Shown: positions 49,668 through 62,200 of the stretch, piece after piece | Numbering within the stretch: position 1 is the stretch's first letter | Layout of the letters: each line of letters opens with the position of its first letter | Position numbers and translations under genes: made by a program | The notes under the pieces: model-generated | Told to the model about the DNA's origin: nothing | Database searches by the model: none | Seen by the model: only the letters and a program-made list of their open reading frames with translations | NCBI GenBank assembly: GCA_963788655.1 | Contig: CAWBHS010000081.1 | Span: 1-64,000, forward strand | Origin: an uncultured Verrucomicrobiae bacterium | GTDB taxonomy: Bacteria; Verrucomicrobiota; Verrucomicrobiia; Limisphaerales; JAFGQR01 | Direction: 5' to 3' | DNA length: 64,000 bases

Positions 49668-50829
49668 GTGATTTGCGACATCAAATCGTTAACGCGCGAG
49701 GAACTTGCGCAGAAGATGAAGGACTGGGGCCACGAGCACTATCGGGTGGCCCAGGTGCTGAATTGGCTTTATGCAAACCGGGCGACGACGTGGGACGTGA
49801 TGACCAACCTGCCGCTCAAGTTGCGCAACAAAATGCAGGAAGACTGCTCGTTGCACGGGCTGGAACTGGTGGAAAAACAAGGAGATAGCGATACCACCCA
49901 GAAATTTCTTTGGCGGCTGCCCGACGGTGCTTTCGTTGAATCCGTGCTGATTCCGGCCAATCAAGCGCTTTACAGCGATCCCAGCGACCGGCAAACCCTT
50001 TGTATTTCCACCCAGGTCGGGTGCGCGTTCGGGTGCAAATTCTGCGCCAGCGGTTTGGAGGGATTCAAACGCAACCTGCACGTCGAGGAAATCGTCGAGC
50101 AAGTCCTGGCGGTCGAACGTTGGTATCGCGACTCCATCGCCCAGGCCCAGGCGGAAGCACTCGTCGCCGAAGTTCAAACGCCGATGCCCCGGCTGCGATC
50201 CGTGCCGCGCAACATCCGTTCCGTGGACAACATCGTGGTGATGGGCATGGGCGAACCGTTGGCCAACTACGACAACCTCCTCGCCGCCCTGAGAATCATC
50301 AACGCGCCGTGGGGCGCGGGCATCGGCGCACGCAAGATCACCATATCCACCAGCGGGCTCGTCCCGCAAATTCGGAAGCTGGCCGAGGAACCGGCCCAAT
50401 ACCGCCTGGCCATTTCGTTACACGGGGCCACCGACGAAATCCGCAACAAGATCATGCCCATCAACCGGAAGTATCCACTGAGCGAATTGATCGGCGCTTG
50501 CGAGTATTACCAGGAGAAAAAAGGCCGGATGATCACGCTCGAATACATCCTGATTGGCCGGGGTGAACGACAGCATCTCGCAAACAAGTCCCCTGGCCGA
50601 CTTGGCGCAACGGCTCAACGCCAAAGTGAACTTGATTCCTTACAATCCGGTGGAGGGGCTTTCCTGGGAACGGCCCAGCGACGTTGTCCTCGAGGCATTT
50701 CAATCCGCCCTGGTCAACCAACAGGTCCACGCCACGCTGCGCCGCGAAAAAGGTGGCGACATCGATGCCGCCTGCGGACAATTGCGGCTCAAAACCGAAC
50801 GGGCACTGGCGGGAGCAGGAGGCGAGTAA
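49668..50829 (+). CDS. rlmN: 23S rRNA (A2503)/tRNA C2-methyltransferase (one frameshift near 50556)
   Basis: CISTQVGCAFGCKFC, MGMGEP, ISTSG, LAISLH and EYILI, then NLIPYN and DIDAACGQL in ORF 50554..50829. Confidence 0.95.
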
Positions 50830-50924
50830 ATCCGAAGTTCGAAGCAAAATCCGAATTGGCGGAAGGAGCGCATGGTTTTCGTTTACTGGCTGGATCGGCA
50901 TGGGCGCAACTTGAGGCATTGAGC

Positions 50925-51040
50925 AACGTGCTGCCGGCGTCCCGCCGGCAGAAACGGATGGAAACGCGGGGTCGAACGATTGGAGGCACGAATTCCGAAC
51001 GGTCCGTTCCAAACTACCGGCAGGATGCGGGCATCACGTT
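50925..51040. repeat. REP-like inverted element family G
   Basis: AACGTGCTGCCGGCGTCCCGCCGGCAG ... CTACCGGCAGGATGCGGGCATCACGTT. Confidence 0.7.
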
Positions 51041-51190
51041 GGGGGCAGGCCAATGCGAACCAACCTGTCTCGCTACGTAACCTTCTTTCGAGCCTTGGAT
51101 TTCGGATTTATGGCCCCGCGTGCATTTGACTGGACGAAACGGCGAACCCCAATACTCTTTCCGCATGTCTGAACAACGCTTCCCTAGCCG

Positions 51191-51823
51191 ATGATTGCTT
51201 TGCTTGATTATGGTTCCGGCAACCTGCGCAGCGTCGAGAAGGCGCTGGGCAAAGTGGGCGCCAATGTCAAAGTCATGACCCGCCCGGACGGCCTGCGGGA
51301 CGTCCGCGCCGCAGTGTTGCCCGGCGTCGGAGCGTTCGATGATTGCATTACCGCGATGCAACGTCAGGAACTCTTCGGCGCCATCAAGGATTTCATCCAA
51401 TCCGGACGGCCTTTCCTTGGCATCTGTGTCGGCTACCAGGCGTTGTTTGACAAGAGCGAGGAATTCAATAGTTGCGCGGCCGGTTTGGGGATTTTCGCGG
51501 GCAAGGTTGTCCGGTTCACCACCCGCCCCGGATTGAAGATTCCGCAAATCGGCTGGAACCAACTCGAAATCGTCAAACCCGATTGCCCCCTTTACCAAGG
51601 TATTCCCGAGGGCAGCCACGTCTATTTCGTCCATAGCTTCCATCCCCAGCCCGAGGATGAATCCATCGTGGCCACGCGAACGGAGCACGGTGACACTTTT
51701 GCCTCTTCGGTGTGGAAGGACAACGTTTTCGCCACGCAATTTCACCCGGAAAAAAGTCAGACCGTAGGCCTGCGCCTGCTGCAAAACTTCGTGGCGCTGG
51801 CGGAGAAACAGAGAAGCGGTTGA
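51191..51823 (+). CDS. hisH: Imidazole glycerol phosphate synthase glutaminase subunit
   Basis: DYGSGNLRSV, LPGVGAF, GICVG.Q, PQIGWN, YFVHSF and QFHPEKS. Confidence 0.96.
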   Translation: MIALLDYGSGNLRSVEKALGKVGANVKVMTRPDGLRDVRAAVLPGVGAFDDCITAMQRQELFGAIKDFIQSGRPFLGICVGYQALFDKSEEFNSCAAGLGIFAGKVVRFTTRPGLKIPQIGWNQLEIVKPDCPLYQGIPEGSHVYFVHSFHPQPEDESIVATRTEHGDTFASSVWKDNVFATQFHPEKSQTVGLRLLQNFVALAEKQRSG

Positions 51824-52065
51824 AGGCGTGACGAGTTGAAGAAGCGAGGCGGCCGAGATTCGCGAAGGCCGCACAACATTCAGTGCCCGAGTGGGTCAGT
51901 GTCACGGGCCATCCGTTTCTGCTACCTCACCTCGGTGGTGACAGGGTGTCGGTCTTCAGTTCGAGTTGCGGAAGGTCGAGGCTTGGGTCTCAGGCGAATG
52001 TACGCAGTGGCTGTCGCGTTCGTTCTCACGAACGCAGCCACTCCCACGGAATCGTTCCGGATTAG

Positions 52066-55000
52066 TTATTGACCTGAATACTTGATCCGAAAGAATTGGA
52101 AACGATTGGTCGTGGTGTTGACTGTGTAGGGCGAAACCGCCGCGGTCATGTCGGTCCACCCTTGCGGATTGCCCAAGTCGGTTGAGGTTTGAAGCGTGCC
52201 ACCGCCGCCCCAGGTAATTACCACGCTGCCGGGCTGCAGGCCGGGTGTAACCCCCAGACAACGCACGGTAACGGGGAACGCGCACGAGTCTTCCAGCCCG
52301 GCAGCGTTGATGACGGTGCAATTGACCGTAGTGGTGCCCGGCGGGAACAGGCTGCCGGAGGGCGGTTCGCACATTACCGGCATGTCGGTGCCGCATTCGG
52401 TGCTGGCAGTAACCACGAATTTCACCACCGCGCCTTCATCGGATTGGCAATTGGTGATCACTTCTTGGGGACAGTTCAGGAATGGTTGCTGGGTGTCTTC
52501 GACAATGAGCGTCACTTCACAACTGCCGACATTGCCCGCGCTATCGGTCACGCTTACGACCACGGTATAGATGCCGGGCCGAACCTGAGTTCCCGGAGCC
52601 GGCATCTGGGACGGGAACGTGTTGGGAGAGAGTGGGCAGTTGTCCGTGAAGGTCACCCCTTCACGCAGATCCGGCACGACGCCCAGGCACGGTCCCAAGT
52701 CCGGCGAAAAGCCCGCGGTAACCACCACATTGCTTTGCAGGCAATTCACTGTTGGCGGATGTTTGTCCGAGAAAAACATCCCGGCCGGATAGCCATAAGA
52801 ATCGTATTCGGCCCAGCCATAGACAATGGCGCCGAAGGGGAATTTGCCGCCGCTGGCCCCGCCGGAGGTCAGATCATGGCGTCCCGGCGTTACGGCCACG
52901 CTGGCGCCAGAATAACCGCTGGTGGCAATCGGCACATAAGAGCCGGCGGGGATTGCCACGCTGTCCAGCAGCACGCTGCCAATGGCACCGCTCGGCACCA
53001 TGACGTTGATGAAGTGACTTAAGAAACCGGACTCGGGGACGCAGATTTCGTATTCCGTGCGGAACATCTCGATGCCGGGAAGTTCGATGGAGAACGGGTC
53101 GGAATCGGTCACCAAGTCAAAGTCCGAACTGGTCGAGTATTGCATGACGTGCATGCGCCCTTCGCAGAAGATGTGTGCCGGGCCGTTAATCTTCATTTGA
53201 TGGAACTCGCCACGGTTCAGGGTCGCCACCAACGGACCATTGACGAATACCTGCGTGTTGTCCTGCAAGGCATACATGCGATAGATGTCGCCCCCGGTGC
53301 GGGTCTTCAGCGGCATGGCCACAAAGTTGCCACTGCCGCGTTCCTCCGGCAGCAGTTGTTCCACGATGTAATCGCAGAACCAAACCGTCTCATCGGGGAT
53401 ATTGGCGCAACGGTGGCTTCCAAAAGCCGCAATGGGTTTGTCGGCGGCGACGAAGGTGCCGGACAGATCACGCGGCTCGGCGTTGGTGTTGCGCAGTTGA
53501 TACGTTTCACCGCGGTTCAGCGTGAACGAATACGCGACGCCCTTGGGATGACCGGTGGTGTTCACCGAGGGGATGACCGTCACCTTGGTATCATCATCGC
53601 ACGCCACCAAGCCGAACTGGGTGCCGTTGAGCGGCGGGGCGTTCGAGTGAACGTTGCCAAACGCCTGGATCAAGTAACTCTTGCCCAGCACCTCAGCGGG
53701 CAAGCCCAGGTAACCGTCGGTCGTCCACCGCACGCGGCTCATGCCGAACACGGCCACTTCCGCGCTGGCGGTGACGTGGATGCCGTTATTCTGGATTTCG
53801 TCATTCGCGTCGCCCAAATCGGCTTCCTTGGGCAGCTCGATGATCACCCGTTCCGGCACGGTGATGACGAAGTTGGTAATGAAGCCCAGTCCCGGGATTT
53901 CCACGGTGCCGGTGGTGGTGCGCGGTCCGGCGATATACAATCGCAGATGCAAGGGGTTGTCCGGGTCGGGCGCGTAATTCCCCGGGAACGTCAGCCAGAA
54001 ATCCTGCCCCTTGTTGGTGCTGTCGCAAGGTATGGGACGTTCCTCAACGTCCACCAGGTAATCTTCCACTTCGCCGTCTGCCGCCGGCCCATCGTAGGAG
54101 AGTCCGCCTTCGAGATTAAAGCGCAGCCGGGCGTAGGTACGGCCCACTTTGGCGTCGGCTGGCACATTGAAGGTGAGGGTGTTCGTTCCGCCAAACAACT
54201 CCACGTCTTTGAAGATTTGATCACCCGGCTCGGCCCAGGAGCCGTCGGCGCCAAAATCGAGCCAAGCGTTTAATAAGCCGTGTGTCGAGGCGCGCACTTC
54301 GATGGTCACCGAACGGCCAACATAGACGCCGGTTCCGGACACCACTCCATCTTCATCATTAGCCGCACCGGCGGGATTGGCATCGTCACCCGTGGCGGTG
54401 GCGTTGGGCTGACCATCGGGTTCCACGTCGAGGTGAAGTCCCAGAAAGACATCCGGATTGCGACGATGGCGAGCACCGTTGTCCACCAGCAACGTGGGAT
54501 AGGGCCGGGGGGCGTCACCGTAGTCAAACAGTTGTTGAATGGTAACCCGGTAGTCCTCGACTTCACCATCGCCCGCGGGACCATAGAACGGCAAATCACC
54601 TGAGCGGCTGAACCGGAACCGGGCGTAGGTCAAACCGGTCTTGGCGTTACTGGGAACCTGGAAGTTCAGCGTGTTGGGACCGGTGCCCAAAGGTTCCGCT
54701 ACGAAAATTTGATCGCCTTCTTCCGCAAACGATCCGTCGCCACCAAAATCCACCCAGGCATCCAAATTGCCGGAGATGCTGGCGGTTACGACGATCGTGG
54801 CGTTGGCCCCGAGCCCCAGGGGCGTACTCAAAGACCACCCCGTCTTCATCATCCGGAGCCGTGCCGCTGGGATTATCATCATCACCCGTGGCCGTGGCAT
54901 TGGGTTGGCCGTCGGTTTCGTAATCAATATACGCGCCGAGATGGAAGGTTTGGCCGGAACGATGCCGTGGTCCGTCCGACGCCAGCAATGTCCGGTAGGA

Positions 55001-56170
55001 ATCCGGAGCATCGCCATAATCTTGCGGCTCGGCAATGGTCAGTTGGTAGTCTTCCACCTCACCATCCGGCGCGGAACCGAGGTAGGACAGTTTTCCTTCC
55101 CGACTCAGCCGGAACCGGGCGAAGGCGTTGGCGGTCGGGTTGAGATCCAGGGGAATCACAAAGAACAGCACATTCACGCCCGCCACCAGGGATTCGGACG
55201 CGAAGATCTGTTCCCCCGCATCGGCCCAACTGCCGTTGCCATTAAAATCCACCCAGGCATCCAGTCGTCCATCCTGGGACGCGGTCACTTCAACGTCCAC
55301 GGTATTACCGGGCACCAGGGGCGTCAGGAACCGGACGCCATCTTCGTCATTGGAGGCGTGAGGAGGATTCAAATCGTCACCGTCGGCCAGGGGGCTCGGT
55401 TGGCCGTCCGCTTCGGTGTCCACCAGGTTGCCGAGGTAGAACCCTTTGAGAATCTGGTGCCGCGCGCCGTTCTGCGAGAGCAATGTGGGATAGACTTGCG
55501 GGGCATCGCCAAAGTCAAAGTCGATTGGGCTGCCAATGTTGACTCGATAATCCTCGACTTCGCCGGCACCGCCGTAGTCGATGGGGGTGAGATTACCTTC
55601 CTGGCTCAGCCGGAACCGGGCGAAAGTCTGGCCTTGATTCGCGGTGGAAGGGACCGGGAAAGTCAGAATGTTAGCACCGGCCGTCAATAAAAGTGAGGTG
55701 AAGATATGTTCACCTGAATCGTCCCAATCGCCGTCAGCGTTGAAATCCACCCAGGCGTCCAGGCGACCGGCCTGGGAGGCAGTGACGCGCACCGAAGCAG
55801 TGCCGCCTTGCGGCAGGGGGTCGGTCAGGAACAATACGCCGTCCTCGTCGTCGGGGATTCCGACCGGGTTATTATCGTCGCCGGTGGCCAACGCGTTGGG
55901 CTGGCCGTCAGTTTCGCCGTCCACAGTTTGGCCCAAATAGAATCCTTGGAGAATTGTGTGATACGCCCCGCGGTTATTGGCGAGGGTCGGATATGGAGGT
56001 GGAGCGTCACCAAAGTCGTTACTCAATATGATGGCCGCGGCGCGGGCCGGGCTAAATAGAGCGAGGATAAGGGCGATGATTCCGCCAATCCGCCACCTTT
56101 GAAAGGCAGCGGGCCGGACCCGCGCCGGCGGGCCCGCGGAATTATTGGGTATTAAAAACGCGCTTCTCAT
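52066..56170 (-). CDS. Large secreted protein: 4 GEVED repeats + IgGFc-binding-like domain + HYR-like domains (frameshift near 54830)
   Basis: Signal peptide; four DFGDAP...DEDGV...DAWVDF...ARFR...GEVEDY units; GQDFWLTFP..., PFGAIVYG..YDSYGYPAG; CEPPSGSLFPPGTTTVNCT. Confidence 0.85.
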
Positions 56171-56231
56171 AACTTCGCTTTCCGGGAGAGGTTGCGTTGC
56201 ACACAGTGAAATGGTTCATAAGCCAGCATGG

Positions 56232-59200
56232 TTAAAAGGAGAACTCGACGGTGCCCACCACGGTTAAAGTCAGCGTCAGGTTGGCGCTGATAACTTGCGG
56301 CGTGGTCATGTGCAAATCAACCACCACGCCACTGAGCCCAACGCCGAGCAAGGTGTCGGCATATCCTTCACCCGCAAGCTCGGTGACCATGTCCGATCCC
56401 TGGTTGAAGCTCTGATCGAACACGTAGGTGTCATTGCCGGCATTGCCGCGGAGGGTGTCGTCCCCTGCCCCGCCGTTCAGCATGTCGTTGCCCGCGCCAC
56501 CCTCGAGGGTGTCATTATTGTCATTGCCGTATAGTTGGTCATTGCCGTCGCCGCCGCCCAGGTAGTCCTGACCCGCACCGCCAATCAGAATGTCATTGCC
56601 CGCACCGCCATTCAGGATGACGCGGCCCAAGGTGAAGGCCGAAGCGTCCAGCGTATTATTGCCGTCGCCACCCACGAGGTAAAGTTGCGTAATCGTCCCG
56701 CCGACCAGCGTGTCGGTTTCGCCGTTGATCATCAACGTGGTGTCGGTGGCCACAAAGTTCGCGTCGCGTTGAGCCAGCACGGTGTTGAGGCTGGTGCCGC
56801 CATCAAACGTGTCATTGCCCAATCCGCCAATGAAGGCATTGTCGAGGCTGTTGCCCGTCAGGATATCGTCCTGGTCGCCACCAATGGCGTTCTCGACGCT
56901 GTCACCGTGGGTCAGGGTGAGTTTGAGGTTCGTGGCATGGACGGTTTGTTGTGCGGTGACGGAGAGATCTATCTTTACGCTTTGCGTCTGGGTGGGCGAG
57001 AAGTCGATGACATCATTGCCACCAGCCACGCCAGGCATTTCATCGATGGTGTCTTCGCCCAAGACCTCGTCCACGTCGAATTGATACCAATCGTTGCCCG
57101 CACCGCCGATCAAGGTGTCATTGTCCGCGCCGCCGATCAGCACGTCATCGTCGGAACCGCCCGTCAACTTGTCATTGCCGGCCTCACCGCTAAGGATCGT
57201 GGTGCCGGTAAAGCCCGAGGCATCAATGGTGTTGTCACTGGCCCCACCGGTCAGCGTGGCCTGTTGGATATTCACGAGGGTGTCCATCTCGCTGCCGATG
57301 GTGAGCGAGGCATCGGTGAGGACGAAATCCGCATCGGCCGTCTCAACGATTCGATTGGTGCCACCGCCGCCGTCGATGGTGTCGGCACCGGCGCCGCCGG
57401 TCAGGGTGTTGTCGAGCGAATTGCCGGTCAGGTTGTCGGCGCCATCGCCGCCAAGGAGAATTTCGATGTCTTCGGCGTTCAAGCGCAACACCAGGTCGCC
57501 CGGCACCACGTTCTGGTCCACGCCCGTGAGCGACAGGTCAACCGCCACCGCCGCGCTCCAAGCCGGGATGGCTAAGGTCATGTCCGTGTATCCGCCAAAG
57601 GTCAGGGTATCGTTGCCATCGCCGCCGATGATCCGCGCGCGATTCATCATGCCGTCTTCCACGAACACGAACAGGTCGTCGCCTTCATCGCCTTGAAGGA
57701 TGCTGTTGCTGGCGATGAGCGTGCCCTGGCTGGCGATCAAAACGTCATTGCCTTTGCCCCCCTGGAGCCAGACGGCACCGGAGAAGGCGGAGGCATTCAA
57801 GAGATCGTCGCCGTCGCCGCCGACCAAAATGGCCGCCTCAATCTGACTGATCCCGATGCTGCCAATGCCGCCCGTGAACGTGAGCAACGAATCCGTCAGC
57901 GTCACGGTGCCGTCCACGCCGGATTGCAGGATGTCCGAGCCGCCGCCGCCATCCACCGAGAGACTGCCGGCCGACCAACCGGAGACATCAATGGTGTCGT
58001 TGTTGGGCGTGCCAATGAAGGAGACCGTTTCAATGCTGTCCAGCGGGTCAATTTCCGAATGCGGCGTGCCGGACGGATCGAGGACCAGGTGCAACGCCGA
58101 ATTTTGGAGCGCGGCCTGAACACTCACCGCCAGCGAACTCAAGTCGCGGATGTAAGTATCCGTGCCCAGTCCGCCGAAGACGAAGTCCGAGCCCGAACCC
58201 GCGGTGAACATGTCATCGCCTTCACCACCAGTCAGGATGGTGTTGCCCGAGAAACCGGCGACATCGAAATCATTTCCGCTGGGTCCGCCCGTCAACACCG
58301 CCAGCTCAATCGACACCAAACTCATGGTGCTGGAGTAAGACCCGGTGGTCACCGTCAGCGACCCGTCATCAAGCGTGAAGTCCGCGTCCGCCGCCACGAC
58401 CACCCGATCTCCACCCGCCAGGCCCTTGAGACTGCCACTGCCGGTCCAACCGGTGAGCGTGAAAGTGTTCGCCGAACGCCGCCGGTCAGGTTGGCGATCT
58501 CGATATTATTGAGCGCATCGACTTCGCCATTGCTGCGCGACAGGCTGCTGTCGGACAGGGTGAAGTTGGTGTTGGCCACTTCATTAATGGTGTCGGTGCC
58601 GGCGCCGCCGTTCAGATTGTCATTGCCGGGGCCGCCATCCAACGTGTCATCGCCGCTCTTGCCGTCGAGGAGATCATTGCCGGGGCCGCCCCGCAGGACG
58701 TTGTCATTGCTGTTGCCGCGCAAAGTGTCATTCAAGGAACCGCCGATCACCTCTTCCACCCCTTCGCCCACGATGGTGAGCGTGAGGTTGGAATTGACGA
58801 CTTGCGCCGAACCCAGGATCGACAGGTTCAGGTTGATCTGTTGGGTCGTGGTGCCGGAGAAATCAATGATGTCGTAGCCGCTATCGGCGATGTTTTCGGT
58901 GACCGTTTCGCTGCCCCACGGCGTGTCGGTATCGAACACGTAGATTTCACTGCCGGCACGGCCTTCCAGCCAATCGTCGCCCGGACCGCCGAGCAGCACA
59001 TTGTTCAGGCCGTTGCCGTAGAGGAAGTCATTGCCGGAGCCGCCGGTGACGTTCTCAATATCGTCGGTCAGGAACAGGTTGAGGTTGCCATTCACCAGTT
59101 GCAGGGTATGCACAGCCAGATCAACATCGACGCCCGCCAGCGTTCCCACGAAGCTCAAGGTGTCGCGTCCGCCATTGCCGATGACGGTGTTAGTGCCGAG

Positions 59201-62200
59201 CGGCGAATCGGCCACAAAGTGGAACGTGTCGTTGCCGGACCCACCCCAGTAAACGTCGTTGCCGGCCGTGCCTTCAAAGGTAACCGAGCGCGAGAAACCG
59301 GAGGCATTGATGACGTTGTTGCTCGGGCCGCCGCGCAAGGTGACATTCTCAATCGAGCCGAGGTGATAGGTCGAACCATTTGGCAGACTCAGCGAGGCGT
59401 CCTTGAAGAAGCCCTGGAAGATCTGGAACAAGATCCCCTCGATGAAGGAAGCGTCCTTGAGGATCATTTGCGAGGCGTCATTTTCGACGATCAACGAATC
59501 CGTTCCCGTGCCGCCGGAGATGTAGGCCGAGCCATTCCAACCGGTGAGGTCAAAGGTGTTGTTGCGGTAGCCACCGAACAACTTCGCCACTTCGATGCTT
59601 TCCAGCGTAAACGTGCTCAGCGGGAAGCCGCCGGCGGTTTGCTTGTGGACCAGCGTGGCTGAAGTCGGGCCGGTGGTCGTTAGAATAATGAACGGCACGT
59701 CACGATTGCTGACGATGGTGTCGGTGCCGTGTTCGCCATCGACATCCTTGTTGTCCAGCTCGACATAAATCAGGTCGTCGCCCAAGCCGCCACGGATGAT
59801 GTCTTCGCCACCGTCACCAATCAGAATGTCATCCTCCAATTGGCCGTTGATGAAGTCCGGATCCGTGCCGCCCAGGCCGCCGGTGATGGTGTCTTTGCCG
59901 GGGCCGCCGGAATAGACGATGGTGTTGAGGCTGCTCGGATCGGCGATCACCACCGGGGCCGGGATATAGCCGGAATCGCCGATCAGAATATCCCAATCAT
60001 TGCCGCCCTGGATGATGTCGTCATCGGGATTATTGCCAAACGCGTCACCGCCAATATAAACCTTCGAGTCGTCGAGCGGCCGGCCCGTGGGATCGCGCAA
60101 CACCACGTTGAAGTAAAGCGGATCAATGCATAGCCCCAGGGAGTCGGTGTCCAGGATCGGAATGTCCACCGACTTCTGGGTTTCGCCCACGTCGAAAGTG
60201 AGCAAAATCGAGACCGCCAGGTAATTGACCCCATCCAGCGCGGTGCCGTCTTCGGTGCGCACGATCACCACGCGCGCCTCGAAGGAGTTGCCGCGCACGA
60301 CCGTGATCGTGACCACGCCGCTGGCCACGGCTTCGGAGACGCTGTAGCTCGGTTCACTGAAGCCAAAGCCGCCCGACGCCGGCGCGGTGACGAGGTCCGA
60401 CGGCTTGATGCCGGCGTCTTGATTGCTGGCGCTGGGATTAACATTGTTAAGAATAATTTCACTGGTGCGCCCGCCAACGATCACATCGGTATCCACGGCT
60501 TCCGGCACGGCGACGTAGGCGACGAAGGTGAAGCCGTTCGGTATATCGAATTCAACGACATAGTGGCTATCCGAGCCATCGTCGTGCAGATACAAGCCAG
60601 TGAACTGGTAAGTGCCGTCGGTGGTGACAATGGTATTCACCGGATTGCCGTTGCAATCGTACAGGTTCACCAAGACTTCCTCGGTGAACAATTCACCCGC
60701 GTCCTGCCGGTTGTTGTTGTTGGCGTCCAACCAGATTTGGCCGCTGATGGAACCATTGGCGTTATCGCCACTGGTATCCACGGAGAAGATTGGGCCCGCG
60801 TCATAAACCGAGTGCAATGGCGTCGGTGGATTGGTGGTGGCGGTGACGACGGCGTTATAGGTGCCCATATTGACCGGCGCGTTGCCGTCGGTGGCCGTCA
60901 TCCAATGCCCGCCCACCACGTGGTCGTCCCCGCCACCGGCGTCAATAATGTCGTTGCCCGGACCGCCGAAGATGGTGTCATCCGTGCCGCCGCGACCGGT
61001 GTCATCACTGCTGCCGTCGGCAATACTGAACTTCAGACTATTGTCATACCCGACGTTACCGAACGGCGAGATGCCGACGATGCCGTCGTATTCAATGCTC
61101 TGAGTGTCGTTATTGGTGGTGTTCTCGTAACTGCCACCGAAGCCCAAGAAAATTGGAACCAAGGCCAGGTCCTTGTAAGGCGACGTCACCGAGGTGCCGT
61201 CCACCTCGATACTCACCTGGCCCAAATAGACTTGTTGTGAATAGACGCCGCTGCCATTGGTGGACACCACGGCGGACTGCTCCACCCCACCGTAGTACCA
61301 CTTCAATGTGACATCGACGTCTTTGATGCCGTTTTCACCGAAATCCTTGTAGCCATTCCCGTTCTTGTCGTAGAAAACCGTGCCGTTCACCAGAATACCG
61401 TCGTCATCGTAAATGGTGGCTACGGCGGTACTGTCTTCCACCGCCAGGGTGGCGCCCACCGGGTTACTCAACCGGACGGCAAATTCCTCGGAGAGTTCCG
61501 CATCGGTATCCTCATAAACATCCACGGAAATCATGCCGGAACTCGAGTTGGCCGGGATGAAGAGATTGCCGGACGTGGCCACAAAATCCTGGCCGTCCCG
61601 CGCCGTCAAGGGGACGGTTTCATAATGGACCGTCACGCCACCCGGACCCGCGGGCGCAGAGAGATAGACATTGAAGTCGTGCGAACCAGTGCCGCCGGAA
61701 CTGCCTTCCCACAGCCCGTAGCGGAGCGTTGGGAAGATGGAGAACACCGGCGGTACGATGGACAATGCCGGAGTATCCTCATCCCGGATGATCAACGTGG
61801 CTTCATTGGGATCACCGCGAGCTGGTTGGCCGGTGGGCGCCCGCAAATACAACTTCACAGTTTCGTCGCCTTCCACCACGTTGTCCGAGTAGATGGTGAT
61901 GGGGATCTTCCGGCTGGTCTCGTTTTCGCCGAAGACCACCAGTTGCCGGAAGACGGCTTCGTAATCCAATCCGGCCGTGGCCGTGCCATCCACCGTGTAG
62001 AAGACCACAATGGCATTCGAGCTTCCGGGCGTGCGGAGCAGCGTGACTTCGAAGGTATCCGTACCCGAGTCGGGTTCTTCGACAATATACTGGCTGTCAC
62101 TGAAGCGAACGGCCCACGGGCCGTAATCCACATCACTCGTCGCGTCGTCATTGCCGATGTTGATGGTTACGTGGTTGCTCTCCGCCGGAGCGTTGGCGGC

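Noticed and set aside
49668..58480. Programmed frameshifting or phase variation in rlmN, the GEVED protein and the RTX adhesin
   Set aside because: Single indels without slippery heptamers or long homopolymers, in a sequence with many evident indel errors. Artefact is more parsimonious.
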